A stretch of 64,000 nt of DNA from an uncultured Alistipes sp. (GTDB lineage: Bacteria > Bacteroidota > Bacteroidia > Bacteroidales > Rikenellaceae), in contig CANQIF010000011.1 in the NCBI GenBank assembly GCA_947623965.1, positions 6,775 to 70,774 on the forward strand, written 5' to 3'. The notes under the pieces were generated by a model that saw only the letters and a program-made list of their open reading frames with translations, made no database searches and was not told the origin of the DNA. The translations under genes and the position numbers were made by a program. How positions within the stretch are numbered: position 1 is the first letter of the stretch; each line of letters begins with the position of its first letter. Below, one piece after another: positions 28,640-39,804 of the stretch.

Positions 28640-29728
28640 ATGAAAAACAAACGGAAAAATTGGTGGCAGGTGCATTGGGAAGACATCTTGGCCACGTCGG
28701 TGCCGGCGTTGATAACGCTTGCCGCCTCGATCGTGCAACTCTCGTTCGGGAGAGAGGGCGGCTCGTTCAAGTTAGACTGGACCTTGCTGAATTACGGAAT
28801 GCAGACGCTGTTCATCGTCATCACGCTCTTCGTTTTGATTCGCTGCTGGTCCAAAGTGCGGCGGGATGTGGAGCAGGAGGGGGCGATCAAACGCTACCTG
28901 CGGGTCTATTGCCTCCTGCCGGATGAGGGAGACCGCGCGCTGGCGCTCTCCTATTCGGTCGTTTCGGGAACGGTCCGGCAGTTCTTCTGGGCCTGGTCGG
29001 CCATTTGGGTGCTTTGGCTGGCCTATTATTGCGGATCGCTGATCGAGTATTCCTATTCGCTGTCTCTTTCGGAAGAGTGTCGGAAAGGGTTCTGTTATTG
29101 TTTCGGCATGCGGAACATGGCGACCTATCAGAATACCCTCAATTTCCTGAGCAGCGCCTTTCTGTATGCGATTTACCTGATTCTGAACGAGGCGACCGTA
29201 AAACCCGAGGAGCGTCACCAGACGAAGAACATCCTGCTGCACGGCTTGATTATCATAGCGGTGCTGGCGCTGTTGTTCTTCGTGCCGACCATGATCGCGC
29301 AGACGGCCTGCCCTGCGCGGTACAACGGCATCATGCTCTACGTATCGCTGTTGCTGAGCATCTTTTCGACTGTGACGTTTACGTTGATTCTGGGAAAGCT
29401 GAACAGCCCCTATCTCCAGTTCCCAGGCTGGATGATTTCGGGCCTGTACATCTATGCGGTCGTACAAGCCTATGAACCGCTCACGACGATCTATGCGTCG
29501 TATTTCGATCTCTTAATAGAAAATGATAAATTGTGCGGGTTGTCTTGTATGGCGGATTTGGTACAGAAAGTCCTGCCTTGGATCACGCTTGCCGGAAAGA
29601 TGCTGCTGATGCTGGCCCTGCTCTGGATCTCGGACGGACGCAGGCTGGTTTTCTACATCATCCACCAGAGCCTCTCGCTGACCGAAGCACCGCGCATGCA
29701 GAAACGGCTGGATCAACATCTGTCGTAA
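28640..29728 (+). CDS. 362-aa integral membrane protein (about 8 hydrophobic segments), family unknown
   Basis: Starts 12 nt after the upstream stop. Hydrophobic stretches include LATSVPALITLAASIVQLSF, MQTLFIVITLFVLIRCW, FFWAWSAIWVLWLAYYCGSL, FLSSAFLYAIYLIL, LLHGLIIIAVLALLFFVPTMI, IMLYVSLLLSIFSTVTFTLIL, WMISGLYIYAVVQAY, LPWITLAGKMLLMLALLWI. Confidence 0.6.
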   Translation: MKNKRKNWWQVHWEDILATSVPALITLAASIVQLSFGREGGSFKLDWTLLNYGMQTLFIVITLFVLIRCWSKVRRDVEQEGAIKRYLRVYCLLPDEGDRALALSYSVVSGTVRQFFWAWSAIWVLWLAYYCGSLIEYSYSLSLSEECRKGFCYCFGMRNMATYQNTLNFLSSAFLYAIYLILNEATVKPEERHQTKNILLHGLIIIAVLALLFFVPTMIAQTACPARYNGIMLYVSLLLSIFSTVTFTLILGKLNSPYLQFPGWMISGLYIYAVVQAYEPLTTIYASYFDLLIENDKLCGLSCMADLVQKVLPWITLAGKMLLMLALLWISDGRRLVFYIIHQSLSLTEAPRMQKRLDQHLS

Positions 29729-29762
29729 CTGGTGCGAATCATCCGGTTTGGTTTTATGCACT

Positions 29763-29813
29763 GCCGCCTGCCGTCGATCGTAGACGGCAGGCGGCGGGCT
29801 TTTCGGATTTTTT
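29763..29813 (+). terminator. Rho-independent terminator of the orphan operon
   Basis: 13-bp perfect stem GCCGCCTGCCGTC / GACGGCAGGCGGC with a 7-nt loop, followed by GGGCTTTTCGGATTTTTT. Sits between the operon and the convergent uvrB stop. Confidence 0.75.
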
Positions 29814-29818
29814 CCGGA

Positions 29819-32002
<2,184 letters not shown>

Positions 32003-32007
32003 GAGTG

Positions 32008-32055
32008 CAAAAGTAGCGCTTTCTCTGCAAAGGCCGCGCATCGTTTGCAAAGGTA
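32008..32055 (-). promoter_or_regulatory. two copies of AGCGCTAC(C/T)TTTGCA carrying -7 boxes (TACTTTTG, TACCTTTG) upstream of uvrB
   Basis: On the plus strand, CAAAAGTA at 32008-32015 and CAAAGGTA at 32048-32055. The proximal box ends 6 nt from the ATG, so that transcript would be near-leaderless. Confidence 0.4.
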
Positions 32056-32114
32056 GCGCTTCGTGCCCGAAAAACGAAACGTTCGAAATGAAAAAACGGG
32101 AGCGGGGACGATTC

Positions 32115-32169
32115 GGGGCTTTTGGGGTTATCGGGGTTATCGGGGTTATCGGGGCTTTTCGGGGCGGTG
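32115..32169. repeat. 9-bp tandem repeat GGGGTTATC x3 flanked by GGGGCTTTT-type units
   Basis: GGGGCTTTT GGGGTTATC GGGGTTATC GGGGTTATC GGGGCTTTTC GGGGCGGTG, read directly. Lies 113-167 nt upstream of uvrB. Confidence 0.8.
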
Positions 32170-32239
32170 CGAGAGGAAGGACGGCGGATAGAGGGTGGCG
32201 AGGTGTAGTGGAGAGTTGCAGGCGATGGAGGGGGTCGCC

Positions 32240-32836
32240 TGGAGGTGGCGGAGGACCTGCGGGACGCGAGTTGCAGGGCCTCCGCAGGCTGCGCCCCGAA
32301 TTTTGTGTGATTTTGAATCTTGAATTTTGAATTCTGAATTGCGCCCAAAGGGCGCTGCAGCCCGCAGCCGCCCCCGGGCGGAGGGCTGCTCCTCTACGTC
32401 GCAGGCCCCTCCGCTCGGCTGCAGGCTTGACTCGAGTTTGGATCGCTCCGTGGGGCCGTGCGGGTCGCAGCCTCCCGGCGGCGGAGGCCCGCAGTTCATG
32501 ACTGAACATGCGTGCGCTCCGCAGGCTGCGTCCCGAACTGGAATATAAGTCCAAGCGCATCCGAATGCAATTTTGAATCTTGAATTCTGAATCATGAATT
32601 TGCGGTTCCGGCAAGGAACCGCAGCGGGCCGCAGCCTCCGCCCGGCGGAGGCCCGCAGTTCGTATCCGAACTTGCGAGCACTCCGCAGGCTGCAGCCCGA
32701 GCATAATTTTGAATTTTGAATTTTGAATTTGCAGCTTCGCCCGGCGAAGGCCCGCTTTTCGCGTCCCGCAGGTCCGCTCGAGCGTGTCCTTCGAAAGCTG
32801 CAGCCCGAATGGGCGCTGCAGCCCGCAGACTTCGCC
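32240..32836. repeat. Mosaic GC-rich palindromic repeat cluster I
   Basis: Same modules, with TTGAAT tracts at about 32300-32345, 32565-32600 and 32700-32740, each followed by a hairpin (GCGCCC-AAA-GGGCGC, GCGGTTCC-GGCAA-GGAACCGC, GCAGCTTCGCC-CG-GCGAAGGC). Confidence 0.88.
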
Positions 32837-33054
32837 GAAGATACTTCGTCTCGGCAATGCTCAAATAAATTTGGCATTGCGCTCGACTTATTATTATCTT
32901 TGGCTTCGCCTTAGATACTCCGTCTCGGCAGAATCAAGCTGACGCTTGTTTCTGCTCTCGACTTTTCGTATCTTTGACTTCGTCGAAGATACGCCGCCTC
33001 GGCAAAATGCAAATAAATTTGCTTTTGCCCTCGGCTTATTCGTATCTTTGTAGC
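32837..33054 (+). repeat. 74-bp unit repeated three times in tandem, each copy carrying an exact TATCTTTG -7 box
   Basis: Units are about 32837-32910, 32911-32984 and 32985-33054. All start (G/T)(A/T)AGATAC...CGTCTCGGCA and end ...CTCG(A/G)CTT(A/T)T..TATCTTTG. Boxes at 32895-32902, 32969-32976 and 33043-33050 are exactly 74 bp apart, and the last is 25 nt from ATG 33076. Confidence 0.8.
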
Positions 33055-33075
33055 ATCCATTTTGCTTGTTCATTT

Positions 33076-35100
33076 ATGAAAAATCTGTTGCGTATGGCAT
33101 CCGTGCCTTTCCTTGCAATCGCCTGCAGCGCCTGCTCGGAGCAGAGCTTCGGCGAGCGGCCGTGGATCGTCGATCGGTTCGACGACATCAAAGTGATCCG
33201 TTACGAAGTCCCCGGCTTCGAAGCGCTCCCGCTCGAGCAGAAAGAGCTCGTCTACTACCTCTCCGAGGCGGCCAAGTGCGGCCGCGACATCCTCTTCGAC
33301 CAGAATTGCGCCATGAACCTTCCTGTGCGCCGCACGCTCGAAACGATCTATGCCGAGTACAAGGGCGACCGGACGACGGACGACTGGAAGGCGCTCGAAA
33401 AGTATCTGAAGAAGGTCTGGTTCGCCAACGGCATCCATCACCATTATTCGAACGACAAGTTCGTGCCTGAATTTACGGAGTCCTATTTCCTGCAGCTCTG
33501 CGAATCGATTCCCGCGGAGAAGTTCGGCGAGCTGTGCGGCATGATCGGGGAGGTGTGCCGCGCGATCTTCGATCCGGCGCTCTATCCGACGAAACTCAAC
33601 CAGCGGGCGGGCGACGACCTGCTGCTCACCTCGTCGAGCAACTATTACCGCGGCGTGACGCAGGCCGAGGCCGAGCGCTTCTACGACGCGATGGCTGCCG
33701 CCGATGCAGGCAATCCCGAGCCGGTGAGCTACGGGCTCAATTCGCAGCTGACGAAGAACGAGCGCGGCGAGCTCGTCGAGCGGACCTGGCGGCTGGACGG
33801 CATGTACGGCCCGGCGATCGAGCGGATCGTCTACTGGCTCGAGAAGGCCGAATCGGTCGCTGCCGAACCCCAGCGGTCGAACATCGCAGCGCTCGTGAAC
33901 TACTACCGCACGGGCGATCTGAAGGAGTTCGACCGGTACAACATCGGCTGGGTGCGCGATACGGTGTCGCACGTCGATTTCGTGAACGGCTTCATCGAGG
34001 ATTACGGCGATCCGCTGGGGCGCAAGGCTTCGTGGGAGGCCAACGTGAACTTCCGCGATTCGGTCGCCTGCCACCGTACGGAGGTCATCTCGGCCAACGC
34101 ACAGTGGTTCGAGGATCATTCGCCCGTCGATCCCGCTTTCCGCAAACCCGTCGTGAAAGGCGTCTCGGCGAAGGTCATCACGGTGGCGATGCTGGGCGGC
34201 GACTGCTATCCCGCCACGCCGATCGGCATCAACCTGCCGAATGCCGACTGGATCCGCAAAGAGTACGGTTCGAAGTCGGTGACGATCGACAACATCACCT
34301 ACGCCTACGACCAGGCGGCCAAGGGCAACGGCTTCAAGGAGGAGTTCGTGCTGCGGGCCGAAGACCGCGACCGCATCGAGCGTTACGGCAAGCTGGCCGA
34401 CGACCTGCATACCGACCTGCACGAGTGCCTGGGCCACGGCTCGGGACAGCTGGCGCCCGGGGTTTCGGCCGGGGCGCTGCGCAACTACTCCTCGACGCTC
34501 GAAGAGGCGCGCGCCGATCTTTTCGGTTTGTATTATATAGGTGATCCGAAGCTCGTCGAGCTGGGGCTTGTTCCCTCGTTCGAGGTGGCGAAGGCGGGGT
34601 ATGCCGATTACATTCTCAACGGCATGATGACCCAGCTGGCGCGTATCGAGCCGGGCAAGGATGTCGAGGAGGCTCACATGCGCAACCGCAAGCTGATCGC
34701 CGAGTGGTGCTATGAGCACGGCAAGGCGGAGAAGGTGATCGAATGGGTCGAGCAGGAGGGCAAACGGTATGTCGTGGTGAACGACTTCGAGCGGTTGCGC
34801 GCGCTTTTCGGGGAGATGTTGCGTGAGGTGCAGCGGATCAAGTCCGAGGGCGACTACGAGGCGGGCAAGGCGCTCGTCGAACGGTATGCCGTGAAGGTCG
34901 ATCCCGAGCTGCACCGCGAGGTGCTCGACCGCTATGCGGCGCTGCATATCGAACCTTACGGCGGCTTCGTCAATCCCGAATACGAGCCGGTGATCGCGGA
35001 CGGACGCATCGTGGATGTGAAGATCTCCTATCCGGCGGACTTCGCTGCGCAGATGATGTGCTACTCGACGGATTATTCGTTCCTGCCGAATCGGAATTGA
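33076..35100 (+). CDS. peptidase family M49 (dipeptidyl-peptidase III-like) lipoprotein
   Basis: Lipobox MKNLLRMASVPFLAIAC. Zinc motifs HECLGH and EEARAD match the M49 HExxGH / EExRAE pattern. Confidence 0.85.
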   Translation: MKNLLRMASVPFLAIACSACSEQSFGERPWIVDRFDDIKVIRYEVPGFEALPLEQKELVYYLSEAAKCGRDILFDQNCAMNLPVRRTLETIYAEYKGDRTTDDWKALEKYLKKVWFANGIHHHYSNDKFVPEFTESYFLQLCESIPAEKFGELCGMIGEVCRAIFDPALYPTKLNQRAGDDLLLTSSSNYYRGVTQAEAERFYDAMAAADAGNPEPVSYGLNSQLTKNERGELVERTWRLDGMYGPAIERIVYWLEKAESVAAEPQRSNIAALVNYYRTGDLKEFDRYNIGWVRDTVSHVDFVNGFIEDYGDPLGRKASWEANVNFRDSVACHRTEVISANAQWFEDHSPVDPAFRKPVVKGVSAKVITVAMLGGDCYPATPIGINLPNADWIRKEYGSKSVTIDNITYAYDQAAKGNGFKEEFVLRAEDRDRIERYGKLADDLHTDLHECLGHGSGQLAPGVSAGALRNYSSTLEEARADLFGLYYIGDPKLVELGLVPSFEVAKAGYADYILNGMMTQLARIEPGKDVEEAHMRNRKLIAEWCYEHGKAEKVIEWVEQEGKRYVVVNDFERLRALFGEMLREVQRIKSEGDYEAGKALVERYAVKVDPELHREVLDRYAALHIEPYGGFVNPEYEPVIADGRIVDVKISYPADFAAQMMCYSTDYSFLPNRN

Positions 35101-35177
35101 TCGGTTCGCAGCTTTGCGGGTGACGGTCCCGGGGGACTCCCCGGGGCCGTCGCTCGTTTGTTGAGGCGGGGTTTACA

Positions 35178-35930
35178 GCTGGCTGCGGCCGCTGATTGAT
35201 GCCGAGGCGATCATGTGTAAATTCGGTCGCGCAGCGACCGGCAGCCCGCAGCCGCTGGTTTGGTGGAAGGGGTTTTGCTGTAAGCTCGACGTTGCAGACG
35301 GCGGCAGCCCGCAACCGTCCCCGGGCGGAGGACTGCTCCTTTGTGCAGCAGGCCTGTCCGCTCGGCTGCGGTTTTTTTGCAAGGAATCAATCGCATAGCG
35401 ATTGGCGGGCCGCAACCTGGGGGCGGCGGAGGCCCGCAACTCCTTATAGTCGTGCGCGCCTCCGCAGGCTGCGTCCCGAATCCGATTAGTTAAGCACATT
35501 TAATTTTGAATCTTGAATTTTGAATTCTGAATTTGCGCCCGAATGGGCGCGGCAGCCCGCAGCCGCCCCCGGGCGGAGGGCTGCTCCTTTACGTCGCCAC
35601 GCCCATCCGCTCGGCTGCGGGCTTCTTCCGCATTTGGGAACGGTCCGATAGGACCGTGCGGGCCGCAGCTTCGCCGCGCGAAGGCCCGCATCTCGCGTCC
35701 GCATGTCCGCTCGTGCGTGCGCTTCGCAAGCTGCGTCCCGAACCCATAGGAAACGCGCCTAATTTTGAATCTTGAATTTTGAATGATGAATTTGCGCCAG
35801 AATGGGCGCCGCAGCCCGCAGCCGCCCCCTGGCGGAGGGCTGCTCCTTTATGTCGCAAGCCCGTCCGCTCGGCTGCGAGCTGGTCCCGTGTTTGGGAACG
35901 GTCCGATAGGACCGTGCGGGCCGCAGCCCT
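35178..35930. repeat. Mosaic GC-rich palindromic repeat cluster J
   Basis: GGTCGC-GCA-GCGACC+GGCAGCCCGCAGCC..., TTGAAT tracts at about 35490-35535 and 35758-35795 followed by GCGCCC-GAAT-GGGCGC, and GGTCC-GATA-GGACC hairpins. Confidence 0.88.
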
Positions 35931-35937
35931 CTCCCGA

Positions 35938-37332
35938 TCAATACCCGAGAATCCGGAGCATCGACCGGTAGGACTGCTCCTTGGCGAAGAGGCGCGTATA
36001 GTATTCGTTGTCCGACTTGTCGCGGTCGATGATGACGTGCTTCGGCGCGGGGATCAGGCAGTGCTGGATGCCGCCGAACCCGCCGAGCGACTCCTGGTAG
36101 GCCCCCGTGTGGAAGAAGCCGATGTACTGCGTGTTCCCCTGTTCGAGCTTCGGCAGGAAGATGGCGTTCGTGTGGAGCTCGGCGTTGTAGAAATCCTCCG
36201 AGTCGCACGTGAGGCCGCCCAGGAAGACCCGCTGGTACTCCTTGTTCCAGTTGTTGATCGGCAGCATGATGAAGCGCTGGTTGATGCCCCACGTGTCGGG
36301 CAGGGTGGTGATGAACGACGAGTCGATCATGTACCAGTTCTCGCGGTCGTTCTGCTGCTTCTGGTTGACGATCGAGTAGAGGGCCGCGCCGCTTTCGCCC
36401 ACGGTGAAAGAGCCGAACTCGGTGAAGATGTTCGGTTCGTCGATGCCGTTGCGCTGGCAGATGTTCTTGATTTGCGCCACGATCTCCTCCGTCAGGTATT
36501 CGTAGTCGTAGTTGAAGTCGAGCGAGTTTTTCACCGGGAAGCCGCCGCCGATGTTCAGGCTGTCCAGTTCGGGGCAGATCTGCTTGAGCTCGCAGTAGAC
36601 GTTCATGCACTTCGAGAGCTCGTTCCAGTAGTAGGCCGTGTCGCGGATGCCCGTGTTGATGAAGAAGTGCAGCATCTTAAGCTGAAACTTCTTGTTTTTT
36701 CGGATCTTGGTTTTGTAGAAATCGACGATGTCGTTGTAGCGGATGCCGAGCCGCGAGGTGTAGAAGTCGAACTTGGGCTCCTCCTCGCAGGCGATGCGGA
36801 TGCCCACCTTGCACTTTTTCTCCACCGCGGCGTCGAAGAGGTCGATCTCCTCCTTGTTGTCGATTACGGGGATCGTGTTTTCGAAGCCGTCGCGCAGCAG
36901 CTGGGCGATGTTCTCGACGTATTGCGGACGCTTGAAGCCGTTGCAGATGATGTAGCGGTCCTTGTCGAGAATGCCGCTGTCGTAGAGGGCGTTGATGATG
37001 TGGATGTCGTAGGCCGACGAGGTCTCGAGGTGGATGTCGTTTTTCATCGCCTCCTCGAGGACGAACGAGAAGTGGCTCGACTTGGTGCAATAGCAGTAGT
37101 TGTACGAGCCGCGGTAGTCGACCTTGGCCATCGCCACGTTGAACATGCGCTTGGCGCGGTTGATCTGCTGCGAGATCTTGGGCAGGTAGGTGATCTTGAG
37201 CGGCGTGCCGTACTGCTTGATGAGTTCCATGAGGGGAATGTCGTAGTACTGCAGCTCGCCGTCCTCCACCGAGAACTCGTCCTGCGGAAAATCGAAGGTC
37301 TGTTCGATCAGGTCGATGTACTTGTCTTTCAT
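35938..37332 (-). CDS. type III PLP-dependent decarboxylase (Orn/DAP/Arg family), arginine decarboxylase-like
   Basis: 464 aa from MKDKYIDLIEQTF (CAT 37330-37332). Motifs LNIGGGFPV, EFGSFTVGESGA, GGLTCDSEDFY. Confidence 0.65.
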   Translation of the reverse strand: MKDKYIDLIEQTFDFPQDEFSVEDGELQYYDIPLMELIKQYGTPLKITYLPKISQQINRAKRMFNVAMAKVDYRGSYNYCYCTKSSHFSFVLEEAMKNDIHLETSSAYDIHIINALYDSGILDKDRYIICNGFKRPQYVENIAQLLRDGFENTIPVIDNKEEIDLFDAAVEKKCKVGIRIACEEEPKFDFYTSRLGIRYNDIVDFYKTKIRKNKKFQLKMLHFFINTGIRDTAYYWNELSKCMNVYCELKQICPELDSLNIGGGFPVKNSLDFNYDYEYLTEEIVAQIKNICQRNGIDEPNIFTEFGSFTVGESGAALYSIVNQKQQNDRENWYMIDSSFITTLPDTWGINQRFIMLPINNWNKEYQRVFLGGLTCDSEDFYNAELHTNAIFLPKLEQGNTQYIGFFHTGAYQESLGGFGGIQHCLIPAPKHVIIDRDKSDNEYYTRLFAKEQSYRSMLRILGY

Positions 37333-37565
37333 GGTTCGCGTTCGGTAAATGGTTCCTCTTTTTCCGATCCGGCTCCGCCGCATCGCTGTTTTTCGGGCGA
37401 AGTAGCTCGGTCGGATGCCTCCCGGCAAATGCGATGCAAAATAGGCGATTATTTTCGAGATACGCAATACTTCATCCCGTTATTTCGAAATTCGCCGCCG
37501 TTTTTTGTTTTTTCCGGTGAAAAAAGGTAATTTTGAAGCCGTAAACCAACGAAAAAAAGGCTATC

Positions 37566-38384
37566 GTGTTGATTCGCATCCTATCGCAATACCTGCGCTC
37601 GCACAAGCGGCTGGTGATTCCCCAGCTGGGGGTCTTTCTGGTGAAGGATCCCGGGCGTACGGTGCTCTTCTCGGAGCTGGTGCGCCGCGACGACGGCGTG
37701 CTGCACGGCCTGCTCGTCGAGGCGGGCCAGAGCGACCTGGCGGCTGCGGGGGAGATCGACCGCTTCGTCTTCGAGGTGCGCCACGCCGTCGAGCGGGGCG
37801 AGAGCTGCTCCATGCCCGGACTGGGGGTGTGGCGGCCGGGACCGCATGGAACCATCGCGTTCGAATACCGTCCCGCTCCGGAGCCCGGCGAACCGGCGCA
37901 TCCTGCCGCATCGCACGGCGGCCGGGAGCTGCGCACGGAGGGCCGCACCGCCCGCTCGGAGGAGCACAGCGCCGAAGAGCGGCGTTCCGGGGAGCGTCGT
38001 TTCGGGGAACGTCCTGCCGGAATGCGGAGTGCGGCCGGAACGGATGCGCCGGCGGAGCCCGCGACCCTGGCGTCGGACGAAGCGGACGAGCAGCACCTTT
38101 CGGTTTCGGCCAAGCGGAATCCGGCGCCCTACGTCAAGGGGCTCAACTACGGCCGTCCGCCCCGGAACACCGATGCCTTTACCTATGTCGACAAGCCCGT
38201 GCGCCGTTCGCCCGACCGCTTCGTGCTGGCGGCGATCGCGGCGCTGGTGATCGCGATCTGCGCGATCGCCTACGGCTACTACCACGATCTGGAGGAGCGC
38301 CGGGCGGCCGACCGGATGGTCGAGATGCTGGAGCAGGCGGCCCAGACCGACGGCGAAATGCCGGATGCGGAGGAGGCGCATTGA
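37566..38384 (+). CDS. hypothetical membrane-anchored protein with an N-terminal HU/IHF-like (HU-CCDC81-type) motif
   Basis: GTG start. LIRILSQYLRSHKRLVIPQLGVFLVK...CSMPGLGVWR resembles bacterial HU-CCDC81 domains. Arg/Glu-rich middle region and a C-terminal TM FVLAAIAALVIAICAIAYGYY. Confidence 0.45.
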   Translation: MLIRILSQYLRSHKRLVIPQLGVFLVKDPGRTVLFSELVRRDDGVLHGLLVEAGQSDLAAAGEIDRFVFEVRHAVERGESCSMPGLGVWRPGPHGTIAFEYRPAPEPGEPAHPAASHGGRELRTEGRTARSEEHSAEERRSGERRFGERPAGMRSAAGTDAPAEPATLASDEADEQHLSVSAKRNPAPYVKGLNYGRPPRNTDAFTYVDKPVRRSPDRFVLAAIAALVIAICAIAYGYYHDLEERRAADRMVEMLEQAAQTDGEMPDAEEAH

Positions 38385-38391
38385 GCGGAAC

Positions 38392-38510
38392 GGAGCGATC
38401 CGGACGGCCCGGACGGTCCGGACAACGCTGGACGATCCGTACGAAGCCGGAGGACCTCGGATGGTTCGAAGGGCTTGGATGGCTTGGACGACCCCGGGCG
38501 ACCCCGGTGA
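38392..38510. repeat. cryptic 9-10-bp periodic G-rich tract (GGACGGCCC GGACGGTCC GGACAACGCT GGACGATCC ... GGCTTGGAT GGCTTGGAC GACCCCGGG CGACCCCGG)
   Basis: Read directly. Fills the spacer between the HU-like gene stop and the sigma-54 activator start. Confidence 0.55.
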
Positions 38511-38529
38511 AGCCGGCGGATCGAAATGA

Positions 38530-39789
38530 ATGGAGAGACTACGAAACATGGCGACGACAGACATAACGACGGTTAAACAGCGTTTCGGCATCATCGGGAC
38601 TTCCGAGTTGCTCGACCGGGCGCTCGAAGTGGCCCTGCGGGTCGCGCCGACCGACCTGACGGTGCTCGTTACGGGCGAGAGCGGCGTGGGCAAGGAGTTT
38701 TTTCCGCAGGTGATCCACGCCTATTCGGCGCGCAAACACAATAAATACATCGCTGTCAACTGTGCGGCGATTCCCGAGGGAACGATCGATTCGGAGCTCT
38801 TCGGCCACGAGAAGGGGGCCTTCACGGGTGCCTTCGAGGCGCGCAAGGGCTACTTCGAGGAGGCCGACGGCGGCACGATCTTCCTCGACGAGGTGGCCGA
38901 GCTGCCGCACTCGACGCAGGCGCGTCTGCTGCGCGTGCTGCAGTCGGGCGAGTTCATCCGGGTCGGCTCGTCGAAGGTCCAGAAGACCGACGTTCGGGTC
39001 GTGGCGGCGACGAATGTCCACCTGCAGGAAGCGATTCTGCAGGGGCGTTTTCGCGAGGACCTCTACTACCGTTTAGCGACGGTGCCGATCGTCGTGCCGG
39101 CCCTGCGCGAACGGCGGCGCGATATTCCGCTGCTGTTCCGCAAGTTCGCCGCCGACGTGGCGGCGCAGTACCGCATGCCGGCCGTGACGCTCGACGATGC
39201 GGCCCGCGAAATGCTCATGAACTACTACTGGCGGGGCAACATCCGCCAGCTCAAGAACGTGGCCGAACAGATCTCGGCGATCGAGTCCTCGCGCCTCATC
39301 ACGGCCGAGGTGCTCTCCCGCTACCTCCCGGAGGTGGGACACGATGCGGCGCCGATGGCTGCCCCGGCGGCGCGGAGCGAGGGGGAGGGCTTCGCCAGCG
39401 AACGCGAGCTGCTCTACAAGCTGCTCTTCGATATGCGGGCCGAGATCGGCGACCTGAAACGCATGGTGGCCGAGCTGCTGCAGCGCGCGGGCGGCGGACG
39501 CCCGGAGCCGTCGTACGACGTGAAGGGGCTGCTGCCCTCGTCCACGGTCCGGACGGCGCCGGCGGAGACGGGGCGGAACGACGCCATCGAGACGACGCCC
39601 GTCTATGCCGAGACGGAGGAGGTCGAAGTCGAGGAGCCGCGCGAACGGACCAAGGCCGACGTGCTGCGCGAGCAGATCGTGCGGGCGCTGCGGCACAACA
39701 ACGGCCGGCGCCGCGAAGCCGCCGCCGAGCTCTTCATGTCCGAGCGGACCCTTTATCGCAAGATCAAGGAGCTGGGCATCGAGGAGTAG
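38530..39789 (+). CDS. sigma-54-dependent transcriptional activator (AAA+ plus Fis-type HTH, no receiver domain)
   Basis: Walker A GESGVGKE, the sigma-54 contact motif GAFTGA, Walker B IFLDEV, and a C-terminal HTH MSERTLYRKIKELGI. An alternative start exists at 38548. Confidence 0.88.
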   Translation: MERLRNMATTDITTVKQRFGIIGTSELLDRALEVALRVAPTDLTVLVTGESGVGKEFFPQVIHAYSARKHNKYIAVNCAAIPEGTIDSELFGHEKGAFTGAFEARKGYFEEADGGTIFLDEVAELPHSTQARLLRVLQSGEFIRVGSSKVQKTDVRVVAATNVHLQEAILQGRFREDLYYRLATVPIVVPALRERRRDIPLLFRKFAADVAAQYRMPAVTLDDAAREMLMNYYWRGNIRQLKNVAEQISAIESSRLITAEVLSRYLPEVGHDAAPMAAPAARSEGEGFASERELLYKLLFDMRAEIGDLKRMVAELLQRAGGGRPEPSYDVKGLLPSSTVRTAPAETGRNDAIETTPVYAETEEVEVEEPRERTKADVLREQIVRALRHNNGRRREAAAELFMSERTLYRKIKELGIEE

Positions 39790-39804
39790 CGATGCGGGAT
39801 GAGG

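Noticed and set aside
32003-32857. The 285-codon N-terminal extension of the uvrB ORF (1012-aa model)
   Set aside because: The extension runs through repeat cluster I and the 9-bp repeat and has a low-complexity translation. The canonical UvrB N-terminus MDFQLVSDY starts at 32002, with promoter boxes just upstream.
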